A stretch of 64,000 bases of DNA, taken from Candidatus Hydrogenedentota bacterium. Lineage in GTDB: Bacteria > Hydrogenedentota > Hydrogenedentia > Hydrogenedentales > JAEUWI01. Positions within the stretch are counted from its first letter, which is position 1, and each line of letters opens with the position of its first letter. Below, one piece after another: positions 27,251 to 37,606 of the stretch. The stretch covers positions 64,001 to 128,000 of the forward strand of contig JAXMOL010000014.1 in the NCBI GenBank assembly GCA_034669905.1. The letters are read 5' to 3'. A program made the translations under genes and the position numbers. The notes below the pieces were generated by a model. The model made no database searches. It was not told where the DNA came from and saw only the letters and a program-made list of their open reading frames with translations.

Positions 27251-29059
27251 CTACGGCGTCACACTCACCGCCGTGCCAATCCCCGAACTGCCGTAGCCGT
27301 TCCCGCAATAGAAAAGGCGCAGCCGTCCGTCTTCCTTGACCACCGAAGGGTACTCCACCATCTGTTTCTCCCAGCCTTCCCCCGTGGGCTGAAGCTGGAG
27401 GTTATCCAGATACTTCGCCCCACGACGCCAGTGGATGCCATCGTCCGACTCGGCGTAGCCAATGGAGTAATAGCCCCACCGCGTGCCAATGGCGGAATAC
27501 CACATGCGATAGCTCCCCGATTCCGTCTGGTGCACCACCGGCCCCGCGACGGCGATATCTTCATAGTCACGACTCGGATCCCGCAGCATGACCGGGCCCC
27601 GCTTATCCCATGTGACCCCATCCTGCGAAACAGCGAGGCAGATCACCTTCTGCTGATTAAGCGCATGGGCCTCACCAATGGTCGGGCATCCCGTGTAGTA
27701 ATAGCGCCACTCCGTCGTGCCATCGGGCAGGGTGGCCTCCATCACCGAGCCGCCCGCTACACCAATCGCATCGGGATCACCATGGTGCCCCGAAGGTGCA
27801 ATGACGGGACTCGACCCGTGCTTTTCCCACGTTATGCTGTCGCTGCTCGTGGCCAGGCCAATGCCGGGAAAGGCACTCAACCCTTCGCCCCGCCCCGAAT
27901 TCCCCGTGTAATAGAGGTGCCATTGCCCGGGCGCGATTTGCACCACGTGGGGCAGCACCGTCCAGCGCGCATCGAAGGACCCCGCAGGCCCCGGTGACAC
28001 CACCGGACCATGACGGGTCCAGTCCGTCGGGTCACTCACCGGTGCCGTCGCCTTACAGATACGGTGGATTCGATTGGAATCACCACCACCGTAGTAAAGT
28101 TGATATTCTTCACCCACCCGGAGGGCCCAGGGATTCATGCAGCGGGTCGCATCAAATTCGCTGCCCTTCACCGGCGGCAACACCGGGTTAGCGGCTTCCC
28201 GCTCCCATTGCACCGATTCCTTCAACGCCCCATATTCCTCCTCATGGGAAAGACGCTGGACGATCACTTCCTTCGTCTTTCGGCGGATGCCGTAGAGGGT
28301 GCCAATATCCCAGCGGTCCCACGCAATGCCCTGTCCGTGACCCGTCGCCGGGAGGGTATCCACCAGCTCCATCACACCGCCACCCGCGGGCACCCGCAAG
28401 GCATAGACCTCCGGGTGATCATGACCCGTGGCATAGAGCAAGCCATCGGGACCCCAGCCGCCGCCCGAATTGGTATTCGGCAAAAAGCGTTGGATCACCG
28501 CCTCGGGAAAGGTCCAGGTGGTCACCGCCTTCCACGCGGCATCGAGCTGGACCAGGGAAGTACGGCGAATGTTCTCCACCTCGCCATAGGTCGCAAAGAC
28601 GGCATACCACACCCCCTCGCGCACATCGACCCAATTCAACGCCTTGTCCGCCACCCCCACCGGCACGCTCTCCAGATGGGTCAGCGTTGCCACATCCCAG
28701 ATTTCCACCGTGTTTTCATAAGGCGTCGCAGGCCAGTTCGAATGACCGCAATAGAGCTTGCCGTCCACCACCACCCCGCCATTGAGGTGCCGCAAATGGG
28801 AGCCCTCCGGCGCAGTCCAGGCAGCGACCGCTTCCCCCGTGTGCTTGTCGTATTTACCGATGGCCCCATTGGTGATAGCGTAAAAATGTTCGGCATCCAC
28901 CGCCACCCCCTGGCGCGCCTCGGACGCCGGGAAGGCACCAAGTTCGCGAAAGAGCCGCTGGGGCGCGGCGTCCGCGAAGGGGGGAAGCAAGAGCCCCGCA
29001 ACAAAAATCAGGGCAAGGCCCCTATAGGACCACACGGGGTTTTCCATTCGACTGCTCAT
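27251..29059 (-). CDS. Secreted two-domain protein: uncharacterised propeller-like domain fused to a five-bladed glycosidase-like (GH32/43/130-type) propeller
   Basis: Signal peptide; repeated blades LYYGG, LYYTG...IGLATSSDSITW, YYYTG...LAVSQDGVTW, MWYSA...YAESDDGIHW, LFYCG. Confidence 0.7.
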   Translation of the reverse strand: MSSRMENPVWSYRGLALIFVAGLLLPPFADAAPQRLFRELGAFPASEARQGVAVDAEHFYAITNGAIGKYDKHTGEAVAAWTAPEGSHLRHLNGGVVVDGKLYCGHSNWPATPYENTVEIWDVATLTHLESVPVGVADKALNWVDVREGVWYAVFATYGEVENIRRTSLVQLDAAWKAVTTWTFPEAVIQRFLPNTNSGGGWGPDGLLYATGHDHPEVYALRVPAGGGVMELVDTLPATGHGQGIAWDRWDIGTLYGIRRKTKEVIVQRLSHEEEYGALKESVQWEREAANPVLPPVKGSEFDATRCMNPWALRVGEEYQLYYGGGDSNRIHRICKATAPVSDPTDWTRHGPVVSPGPAGSFDARWTVLPHVVQIAPGQWHLYYTGNSGRGEGLSAFPGIGLATSSDSITWEKHGSSPVIAPSGHHGDPDAIGVAGGSVMEATLPDGTTEWRYYYTGCPTIGEAHALNQQKVICLAVSQDGVTWDKRGPVMLRDPSRDYEDIAVAGPVVHQTESGSYRMWYSAIGTRWGYYSIGYAESDDGIHWRRGAKYLDNLQLQPTGEGWEKQMVEYPSVVKEDGRLRLFYCGNGYGSSGIGTAVSVTP

Positions 29060-29348
29060 GGGTATCTCCAGTTAACGACAACCTGCAAAGAGACCCGATG
29101 ATACCACCTGCCAAGCTCCGTCCCAAATAGCGGTCACACGGAAAAGACACCCAATGCCCCATCAAGGAAAGCGCCCCGAAACCCAAAGCGTCCCACCCGT
29201 CCCACAAACAATTACCGCACCACCCACCCGAAAGACCCAATCAAAAACCGTGCCACGCGATCCGGCCCTGCCGGTTCGTGTGCATGGAGCAACGGCCAAC
29301 GCACCCCATCAAACGCCGCCCGCCACGAGCGGTTGAGCCCACCGCCCC

Positions 29349-30413
29349 CTACACCTCCCCCGACTCCATACACTCCAGGGCCCGCTGCCCCATGGCGCCC
29401 ACCACAAAAATCAGTGGAGCAAAGCGTTCGTCTTTCGTCAGGCCCTGCTTGTAGCGGTAGTAAATCTGCTGCAGGATAACCGCCAGCTTGAACAGGGCAA
29501 ACACATAGTAAAACTGTAAGTTACTCAGGTCCCGCCCGGCCCGTTCCGCGTACACCGCGGCGACGTCTTTCCGGGTCATCATGCCCGGCTCATTGCTCAG
29601 GAAGCACTGTACCACCCCCAGGTCCGGGTCGTCCTTTTCAATCCAATAGGCCAGGGTCGTGCCCAGATCCATCAGGGGATCGCCGATGGTACACATCTCC
29701 CAATCGAGGACGCCAATGATCTTCGTGAGGTCGTGGGCATCGAGTACCACGTTGTCGAACTTGTAGTCGTTATGCACCAGGGTCGCACCCGAGTCTTCGG
29801 GATAGTTTTCTTTCAGCCACGCCATGACCGTATCAATCATGGGGATGTCGTCGGTCTGGGAACCGCCATAGCGCTTAATCCATCCCATCACCTGGCGCTC
29901 CACGTAGGAGCCTTCCCGCCGCAAGTCGGCCAGCCCGGCGGCCGTGTAATCCAGGCCATGCAAATCCGCCAGGTTGCCCACGAAACTTTCGCACATGCGT
30001 CGCACCGTGGCCGCGTCCGCGTCAAAGCCCTCGGGCTTATCGCCCCGCAGAATGGCCCCCCGAATACGCTCCATCACGTAGAACTGGGCACCCATGACCT
30101 CCATATCATCACACAGGGTCAGGGGACGGGGCGCAGCCGGATAAACAGGATTCAGCGCGGAAAGCACCTTGTACTCCCGCCCCATATCGTGGGCCGACTT
30201 CACCTTACTGCCAAAAGGCGGGCGTCGCAGCACCAATTCGCGCTCGCCCACGGAAAGGAGATAGGTCAGGTTGGAAAAGCCACTGGGAAACTGGGACACC
30301 GCCAGCGCCCCGTCAAGCCCGGGAATGGCGTCCTTCAGATAGGCTTCCAGCTTTGCTAAATCCAACTCTTCACCCGCCCGCACCGTCTTCGGGCTGTCTA
30401 TGCTTACGTCCAT
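29349..30413 (-). CDS. APH-like phosphotransferase (ACAD10/11 kinase-domain type)
   Basis: GFSNLTY, LVLRRPP, SAHDMGRE, LVHNDYKFDN, VLDWEM...GDPLMDLG. Confidence 0.9.
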   Translation of the reverse strand: MDVSIDSPKTVRAGEELDLAKLEAYLKDAIPGLDGALAVSQFPSGFSNLTYLLSVGERELVLRRPPFGSKVKSAHDMGREYKVLSALNPVYPAAPRPLTLCDDMEVMGAQFYVMERIRGAILRGDKPEGFDADAATVRRMCESFVGNLADLHGLDYTAAGLADLRREGSYVERQVMGWIKRYGGSQTDDIPMIDTVMAWLKENYPEDSGATLVHNDYKFDNVVLDAHDLTKIIGVLDWEMCTIGDPLMDLGTTLAYWIEKDDPDLGVVQCFLSNEPGMMTRKDVAAVYAERAGRDLSNLQFYYVFALFKLAVILQQIYYRYKQGLTKDERFAPLIFVVGAMGQRALECMESGEV

Positions 30414-30508
30414 ATCATTTGTCCCTTAGGTCCTTTTCGTCCTTTAGGTCCTTCGACTCTTTCCGCCTCAAGAAGACGCCGCCCGCCTCCCCACCCTGCC
30501 GTCAACGG

Positions 30509-31714
30509 TCATTCCCCCATCTGCGCGCGAAACAACTCCAGAATCCGTTTGCCCGCCGACATCTTGTGCACTTCATCGGGGCCATCATAAATGCGACTCG
30601 CCCGCTCGTTGCGCCAGAAGGTGGCCAGGGGCGTCCGCTCAGTGATCCCGCGACCGCCGTGCAGCTGAATGGCCCGATCCAGGACCTTCATCATCACGTT
30701 GGGCACGAAAAACTTAATCAGGGAAATTTCCACCCGGGCCTCTTTCGCACCCAGCCGGTCAATCGTATCGGCCGCCTGCAAAACCATGAGGCGGGCGGCG
30801 TTGATCTCCGCGCGACACTCGGAAATCCAGGTCTGCACAATTTGCTGGCTGGCCAGTGGACGGTCCGGGGCCACTTCCCGCGTGAGGGCCTGCTGGCACA
30901 TGAGCTCGAAGGCCCGCTCACTGATACCGACCCAACGCATGCAGTGGTGGATACGGCCCGGCCCCAGGCGCTGCTGGGCAATCTGGAATCCCGACCCTTC
31001 TTCGCCCAGACGGTTCGACTGGGGCACCCGCACGTTTTCATAACGCACCTCCGAATGGCTGTCCCAGTCTTCGCCCCGGTGCCCCATGCAGGAAATGTTT
31101 TCCACGATGGAAAAGCCCGGCGTATCGAGGGGCACAATAATCTGGCTCGCCCGCATATGCTTGGGCGCATCGGGATTGGTCACCGCCATAACAATGGCGA
31201 AGTTGGCCCCATCGGCGGACGAGGTAAACCACTTGTGCCCGTTGATGACATAGTCGTCCCCATCCTTCACGGCGCTCGTGCCCATCCACGTGGGATTCGA
31301 GCCGGGGAAGTCCACTTCGGTCATGGAGAAGCAACTGCGAATTTCTCCGGCGAGCAGGGGCTTCAAATAGCGCTCCTGCTGTTCGGGCGTGCCGTACTTG
31401 ATGAGGATTTCCATGTTCCCCGCGTCGGGCGCCTGGCAGTTGAAGCAATAGACGCCCACAAAGGTCTTGGCCAACTCCGCCTGCACCAGGCCGTGCTCCA
31501 GGACACTGAGCCCGAGACCACCGTGCTCTTTCTCTATCTGCGGCAGGGCGAGTCCAAGCTCCCGCACCTTCTTACGCTTTTCTTGCAAAATCGGCAGGAC
31601 CGAAGCAAACCCTTCGTTCAATACCTGGGGCTCCAGGGGATAGAGCTCCTCCTGCACAAAGGCGCGCACCTTGCCCAACAGATCTTCCATCTTGGGCGAA
31701 ACAGCAAAATCCAT
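30509..31714 (-). CDS. Acyl-CoA dehydrogenase (ACAD10/11-like)
   Basis: FNCQAPDAGNME, RSCFSMTE, INGHKWF, AQQRLGPGRIHHCMR, RIYDGPDEVH. Confidence 0.92.
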   Translation of the reverse strand: MDFAVSPKMEDLLGKVRAFVQEELYPLEPQVLNEGFASVLPILQEKRKKVRELGLALPQIEKEHGGLGLSVLEHGLVQAELAKTFVGVYCFNCQAPDAGNMEILIKYGTPEQQERYLKPLLAGEIRSCFSMTEVDFPGSNPTWMGTSAVKDGDDYVINGHKWFTSSADGANFAIVMAVTNPDAPKHMRASQIIVPLDTPGFSIVENISCMGHRGEDWDSHSEVRYENVRVPQSNRLGEEGSGFQIAQQRLGPGRIHHCMRWVGISERAFELMCQQALTREVAPDRPLASQQIVQTWISECRAEINAARLMVLQAADTIDRLGAKEARVEISLIKFFVPNVMMKVLDRAIQLHGGRGITERTPLATFWRNERASRIYDGPDEVHKMSAGKRILELFRAQMGE

Positions 31715-32160
31715 AGCACTCTCCTTGCTCTGGGAAAAACTTAACGATCGGTAGGCTATAGGGTACACCCTTTACCCGCCATTTCCAAACACACACCAAG
31801 GACCTAAAGGACGGAAAAGACATAAAGGACAATAGGAAAGAGCGTCACGGCAGTCTGTGGTGCCACCCGACCCCACGCGACCGCCGGTCGGGTTCGGGTG
31901 TCTTGAGCCTCGTTGAACGGGAGTTCCTGGCACGGTGGCCTTTCGATACGTGGTCTTGGGGCGTGGCTACGGCACAAAGGGGGCTGGCGTTGCACGGTCT
32001 CGTGCCTACGGAGCACCGTAGTCACGAGGCGTTGATGCCCCTGTCGTCCTGTCCTTTAAGCCCTTTCCGTCGTTCAGGTCCTTTTCCCTCCCCGCAAAAA
32101 TAGAAAGCCGGGCGCGCGAAAGTCTCCTTCCACGGGCCCGGCACGTATCACGTCATGGTC

Positions 32161-35115
32161 TTACTGCCGTGATTCCGGCGTAATCTGCAGGGTTACCCGC
32201 TCGCCATCGCGCTCCACCACCACCTCGACGGCCTCGCCAATCTTCAACGCCTGAATGGCATAGGTGTAATCATAGATGTTCTCAATGGTTTTGCCCGCCA
32301 TCTCCACAATCACATCACCACCCTTGAGCCCTGCCTTATCGGCCGGCGCGCCCTTGGTCACCCCATTGAGCACCATGCCCTTCACATCCGATTCGGCATA
32401 ATCGGGCACCGTACCCAGGTAGGCCCGCATGACACCACGGCCGCCCTCTTCGGCGGGCTGCTCCATGGCAATGTAATCCGGCGTGGTGGACCAGGTCGCC
32501 ACATCGGCCGCAACCTCATGGAGCAGTGCACTGATCCGTGCCGCGCCCGCATAGTTCAACAGGTCCGCGGTATCCCGGGGCGTATGATACTCGGAGTGGA
32601 CCCCACTGAAGACGCTGAAGATAGGCACTTGCTTCAGATAGAAGGACGTCGCGTCGGTGGGCAGGTAGCTGTCTTTCTGCATAACAATGGGCAGGCCGAT
32701 GGACGCATTCGCCCGCTCCACGGCGTCATACCACACCGAACTCGAGCCGGCACCGCTTACCACGAGATTGCTCCGCAGACGCCCCACCATATCAAAGTTG
32801 AAGTAGGAGGAAGTCTGGTCCGTGATAGCCTCCTTCCCGTCGGCCAACTCCTTCACGTAGTGGTCCGAACCCAGCAGACCGAGCTCTTCGCCCGACCACG
32901 CCGCGAAGACGATATCGCGCTTGGGTGCAAAATCGCCCGCCGCCTTGTCGGCCACCATGCGGGCCGCCACTTCCAGCATCCCCGCGACGCCCGAGGCATT
33001 GTCGTCGGCACCATAGTGAATACCATCGTGCTCACTGCCATCGGCGAGGGAACCCCCAGAAGCCCCGGCACCCAGGTGATCCACGTGGGCACCAATGGCC
33101 ACGGCACCATCGGATGGGCCATCGGCCACGAGCCGGGCCAACACATTGCGTCCCGTGCGGCGCTCTTTTTTCAGATCCACATGGGCGCTCACGCGCACGT
33201 CATCCAGGGCAATGCCCATCTGCACCTCACCGCCATCGAGTCCTTGCTGCAAGGCCTCCAGCGACTTCCCTGAAGGGCGCAGCAAGTCTTCTGCCACCTT
33301 ATCGGTGATAGAAATTGCCGCCACACTGGTGCCGCCAATAGACACATCAAAGGACAGTGGTGACAGTTGTGCTTTCACTTCCGAGCGGGGACCGCTCACG
33401 ACCAGCAATCCACGGGCACCCTTATCGCGCACCACCATGGCCTTACGGCGCAGACTCGCATGGGGTCCCAGGTGTTGCCGCAACTCGGGGGAAATGTCTT
33501 CGGGCATGAAGCGGAAGACCAACACCCATTTATCGGTGACATCGAGGTGGACAAAGGAATCGTATTCCTCAAAGCCATTACCCGCCGGCGCCACGATGCC
33601 ATAGCCCGCGAAAACCACCTCCGACGCCGGGAAGCTCCCCACATTGGAGAAGGCCAGGGGACGCCAATCTTCGTCGGCCACATAGGCCGTGTCTCCACCT
33701 TCCACCACCAACGCACTCTCATCACCCAGCGAAATACCGGCCGTAAATTCGAAGTTGTCGAAGTAGGTGCCGTCATCACCGGCAGGCTCCAGCCCCAGGG
33801 CCTTAAATTGCGCCGCCACATAATCGGTGGCCAAGCGCTCGCCTTCCGTGCCGGTCATCCGGCCTGCAAAGGCCTCGGAAGCCAGGGCCACCACATGATG
33901 CTGGATATCTTCCGCACGAATGGCAGCCGTAGTCTGATGCCCTTCCGGGAGCGCACGAAACGCAGGAGCCTCCTCGTCCGCCACCGCCACGGTACCGCCG
34001 TCCAGCAGCCGCAGGGCCGCCGCATGGTTCCAGTCGGCCAGGTAAATCTGAGATTGCTTTTCGGGCGTCCGATTGGAGGTCCAGGCCAACTGCTTGCCAT
34101 CGGGCGTGAAGACGGGCAGCCCATCAAAGCCCGCCGTCTCCGTCACCCGCACAGGTTCCTTTTCCCCGGCCGCATCCACGAGATAGAGCTCAAAGTTTTC
34201 AAAGCCGTGCACGTTGGTGGCGAAGATCAGGTAATCCCCCGATGGGTGAAAGTAGGGTGCCCACGACATGGCTTCCAAGCGGGTCAGCTGTTTCTGTTCG
34301 GACCCATCGCGACGCATGGTGAAGATTTCCGCCGTCGCCCCGTTTTCGGAGAAGCGACGCCAGCAGATGTATTCCCCATCAGCGCTGAAAAAGGGCCCGC
34401 CATCATAGCCCGGCGTATCGGTCAGCCGACGCAGGTTGCTGCCATCGCTGTCCATGGCGTAGAGATCGAGGAAATAGGATTTATCCACCTCAAAGCGCTT
34501 CTGTTCCTCCGGGCTCAGCGTCCCCTCATAGGCCGCGCGGTTGGAAGAGAACACGATCATCTCGCCCCGGGGATCCCACGAGGCTTCCGCGTCATAGCCT
34601 TCGGCATGGGTCAGCCGGGTCAAGGCATCCGTTTTCAGATCACGGCTGTAGAGTTCATACTGGGCGTCGTAATCCCACGCATAGCGCTTTTCTTCGCCGG
34701 AAGCCCGGTCGGCCAACTCCGCCTCCTGCTTCGCCTTCGCCTCGGGGTCTTCGTGGGTCGAGGCAAACAAGACCTGGTCCCCCGCAGGGTGTATCCACGC
34801 GCAGGTCGTCTTACCCACCCCCGTGGAAACCCGGCGCACCTCACCGGACGCCCGGTCCATCAAAAAGATCTGGTAGAAGGGGTTTTCCGCCGCGCGCTCA
34901 CTCTGGAAGACCAGTTGCTTTCCGTCGGCCGAAAAATAGCCTTCGCCCGACCGTTTACCCCCAAAGGTCAATTGTCGGGTCTTCGATAGCAGGCGGTCTT
35001 CCTGCGTAACGGCTGTTTCGGATTCCTGCCCGGTGGCCGGGTGCACAAGGAGCGATGCCCCTATCAGCGAGAGGGCCGCGTGTCGGGCGGCCCGGGTCAT
35101 GGCATGGGTATTCAT
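32161..35115 (-). CDS. M28 family aminopeptidase with TolB/PD40 propeller, PA and PDZ domains
   Basis: GYDGGPFFSADG repeats; VVFAGYGI (PA); GAHVDHLG, GADDNASG, GEELGLLGS, FDMVGR (M28); YLGTVPD...PADKAGLKGGD (PDZ). Confidence 0.9.
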   Translation of the reverse strand: MNTHAMTRAARHAALSLIGASLLVHPATGQESETAVTQEDRLLSKTRQLTFGGKRSGEGYFSADGKQLVFQSERAAENPFYQIFLMDRASGEVRRVSTGVGKTTCAWIHPAGDQVLFASTHEDPEAKAKQEAELADRASGEEKRYAWDYDAQYELYSRDLKTDALTRLTHAEGYDAEASWDPRGEMIVFSSNRAAYEGTLSPEEQKRFEVDKSYFLDLYAMDSDGSNLRRLTDTPGYDGGPFFSADGEYICWRRFSENGATAEIFTMRRDGSEQKQLTRLEAMSWAPYFHPSGDYLIFATNVHGFENFELYLVDAAGEKEPVRVTETAGFDGLPVFTPDGKQLAWTSNRTPEKQSQIYLADWNHAAALRLLDGGTVAVADEEAPAFRALPEGHQTTAAIRAEDIQHHVVALASEAFAGRMTGTEGERLATDYVAAQFKALGLEPAGDDGTYFDNFEFTAGISLGDESALVVEGGDTAYVADEDWRPLAFSNVGSFPASEVVFAGYGIVAPAGNGFEEYDSFVHLDVTDKWVLVFRFMPEDISPELRQHLGPHASLRRKAMVVRDKGARGLLVVSGPRSEVKAQLSPLSFDVSIGGTSVAAISITDKVAEDLLRPSGKSLEALQQGLDGGEVQMGIALDDVRVSAHVDLKKERRTGRNVLARLVADGPSDGAVAIGAHVDHLGAGASGGSLADGSEHDGIHYGADDNASGVAGMLEVAARMVADKAAGDFAPKRDIVFAAWSGEELGLLGSDHYVKELADGKEAITDQTSSYFNFDMVGRLRSNLVVSGAGSSSVWYDAVERANASIGLPIVMQKDSYLPTDATSFYLKQVPIFSVFSGVHSEYHTPRDTADLLNYAGAARISALLHEVAADVATWSTTPDYIAMEQPAEEGGRGVMRAYLGTVPDYAESDVKGMVLNGVTKGAPADKAGLKGGDVIVEMAGKTIENIYDYTYAIQALKIGEAVEVVVERDGERVTLQITPESRQ

Positions 35116-35435
35116 TCGGATAGTACCTCTCTCGAAATGGGTTGAGATTCTGTCCTGGCTACCGTCCATGGTACCCACTCTCCGCCGCCCGACGCACCTT
35201 TTTCGGCCACTTTCAGAGTCCAGACACCACAATGGCGGTAGCAACGCTACCGCCATGAAAGAACATCTGTTTCAGCAGGAATCAACGGCTGAATCGGGAG
35301 ACACGCCCGTCTGATTCACCAACGACCTTCACGTGGCGTGCAGGTCAATCCCCTCCTGGGAGGGGAGTACTGTTTGAATTTGGACGGGTCTATCGTGGCA
35401 ACCCATTGAACCACTTGGGCAACTCAATTCGCCAA

Positions 35436-36200
35436 TCAGTCGCGGCCCTGCAACTTAACGAGGAGCCGCAACACCTCGATGTAGAGCCACACCAGGGTCA
35501 CCAACAGCCCAAAGGCCGCATACCACTCCATATACTTGGGAGCACCCGAGGCCGCGCCGTTCTCGATGAAATCGAAGTCGAGCACAAGGTTGAGGGAGGC
35601 TATCACGATGACAAAAAGACTGAAGCCGATCCCGATCACGCCCCCTTCATGGATGAACGGCACAGAAACGCCGAAGAAGCCCATGACGATAGACGCCATA
35701 TAGACCAGGAAGATTCCCCCGGTGGCCGCGGCCACACCCAGTTTAAAATTCTCCGTCGCCTTGATGATGCCGAGGCGATAAACCAACAGGAGGGCCAACA
35801 AAATACCAAAGGTTAAACATACCGCCGGGAACACAACCGTGCCCTGGCCACCCGTCATAGAGGCCACCTGCGCCTCCGCCTGGGCGGACAGCGCCCCCAG
35901 AAAGAGACCTTCCAGAATCGCATAAATCGGCGCCGTATACATGGCAATCGTGGGCTTGAAGAAAGTGATAAAGGCCACGATCAGTCCACCAATCGCCCCG
36001 CCAATCATCCAGGGCAGCGCGGCACCCGCACCGGCCGTTTCATACATATTCCACGTGTAGGCCGCACCGGCAATCACGAGCATCAACAGGATGCCCGTCT
36101 TGTTTACCGTCCCCTCCAGGGTCATGCTGCGCCCGCTGTAATCCGCCGTGACGGTGTTTTCAAAAGCCCGATCGCTCAGGGTAGGGTTCGAGGTACGCAT
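35436..36200 (-). CDS. Bax inhibitor-1/YccA family membrane protein
   Basis: MRTSNP, MTLEGTVNKT, LVLDFDFIE, EWYAAFGLLVTLVWLYIEVLRLL. Confidence 0.9.
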   Translation of the reverse strand: MRTSNPTLSDRAFENTVTADYSGRSMTLEGTVNKTGILLMLVIAGAAYTWNMYETAGAGAALPWMIGGAIGGLIVAFITFFKPTIAMYTAPIYAILEGLFLGALSAQAEAQVASMTGGQGTVVFPAVCLTFGILLALLLVYRLGIIKATENFKLGVAAATGGIFLVYMASIVMGFFGVSVPFIHEGGVIGIGFSLFVIVIASLNLVLDFDFIENGAASGAPKYMEWYAAFGLLVTLVWLYIEVLRLLVKLQGRD

Positions 36201-36355
36201 TGCGCTTACTCCACTTTTGTTTAAAGGTTAGCTGCTTTCACTCACCGCATGAGCATATCCCGCCTGCACCGGCCAAGTCCAACATTCCCCACCCGCGTGG
36301 GACTATGCTATCGTAATCCTGCACCCAACCCCAGGAAGGTAGGAACGACCCCATC

Positions 36356-37561
36356 ATGGAGCGCAATCTCTCCCGATACCCGGCCTATGCCACCGCCTTC
36401 TCCGCCCACTTCTGGCTCCCCGTTTTCTTTCTCTACTTTCAGACCCACCTCACGGTCGCCGAAGTGCTCCGACTTGAAGCCCTCTACTATCTCGCCGTGG
36501 TCGCCACCGAGTTGCCCTCCGGCTATTTTTCCGATGCCATCGGACGCCGCATCACCCTCATCATTGCAGCCGCCAGTGTGACCCTCGCCCACGCCTTCTT
36601 TTTCTTTGGCGATGGATTCGCTCCCTTCGCCGTCGGGCAAGTTCTCCTTGCCACGGGCATGGCCTTTAACTCAGGCACCAACACAGCCCTCCACTTTGAC
36701 ACCCTGGCCCGACTCGGACGCACGGAAGAGTATGACCAGCGGGAAGCACGGGTCTCCCGACTCACCTTTCTGGGCAGTGGCGTCGCCGCCCTCGCCGGGG
36801 GCGCGGCAGCCAGCTTCGGACTCCACTATGCCTATGCCCTGTCACTCGCAGGTGGCCTGGTGGCCCTGGGCTGCGCCATTTCCATGAAAGAGCCCCACCA
36901 CCAAGATGGCCGAACCGCCCCCCTTACCCTGGGTGACTTTCACGGCAAGGTATTTCGCGCCCTCGGGGAACTGCGTCAGCCCGCACTCTGCTGGCTTTCC
37001 GCCTATGGCGTCATCATGATCATCCTCAATCACCTGCCCTACGAGTTCTACCAACCCTGGCTGGATCGCCTCCTGCAAGGCCCTTCCTTCCTCGAAGGAG
37101 CCACCCCCATCAGCTCGGGCATTGTCACCCTTATCACCATGCTCATCGCCAGCCAGGTGGCCGGCCGCAGCATCTATATACGCGATCGCATCGGCCTCGT
37201 GCCCACCCTATTATTGGGCACCGCCTTGCAGGCCCTCATACTGGCCGCTATGGCCGCCTTTATTCATCCCCTGGTCGTCTTCCTCATCCTGCTACGGAGT
37301 TGCCCACGGGGCATTATGACCGCCCCCCGCAACGCCGCAGTAAACCCCCTCATCAACGAAGAGCACCGCGCCACCTACCTCTCCCTCGAGAGCCTGGCCG
37401 GGCGACTCGCGTTCTCCGTCACCCTGTGGAGCCTGGCGGGCGTCGGAAACCTCGACAACGATCTGCAGGCCGTGCTCTGGGTATCCACCGCCATCGCCCT
37501 CACCGGGTTCCTGGTGCTGGCCCTTTCCGCCATCCCCCTGATGAAGAAAAAGCCGCTGTAG
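36356..37561 (+). CDS. MFS transporter
   Basis: ELPSGYFSDAIGRR motif A; hydrophobic helices throughout. Confidence 0.87.
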   Translation: MERNLSRYPAYATAFSAHFWLPVFFLYFQTHLTVAEVLRLEALYYLAVVATELPSGYFSDAIGRRITLIIAAASVTLAHAFFFFGDGFAPFAVGQVLLATGMAFNSGTNTALHFDTLARLGRTEEYDQREARVSRLTFLGSGVAALAGGAAASFGLHYAYALSLAGGLVALGCAISMKEPHHQDGRTAPLTLGDFHGKVFRALGELRQPALCWLSAYGVIMIILNHLPYEFYQPWLDRLLQGPSFLEGATPISSGIVTLITMLIASQVAGRSIYIRDRIGLVPTLLLGTALQALILAAMAAFIHPLVVFLILLRSCPRGIMTAPRNAAVNPLINEEHRATYLSLESLAGRLAFSVTLWSLAGVGNLDNDLQAVLWVSTAIALTGFLVLALSAIPLMKKKPL

Positions 37562-37606
37562 TCTCCAATGGGAAACCACAGCGGCTCAGCGATTCATCGG
37601 TAACGC

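Noticed and set aside
26729..27339. Several short ORFs in the gap after the 3-hydroxyacyl-CoA dehydrogenase
   Set aside because: The region is explained by stacked inverted-repeat doublets; no coding signal.
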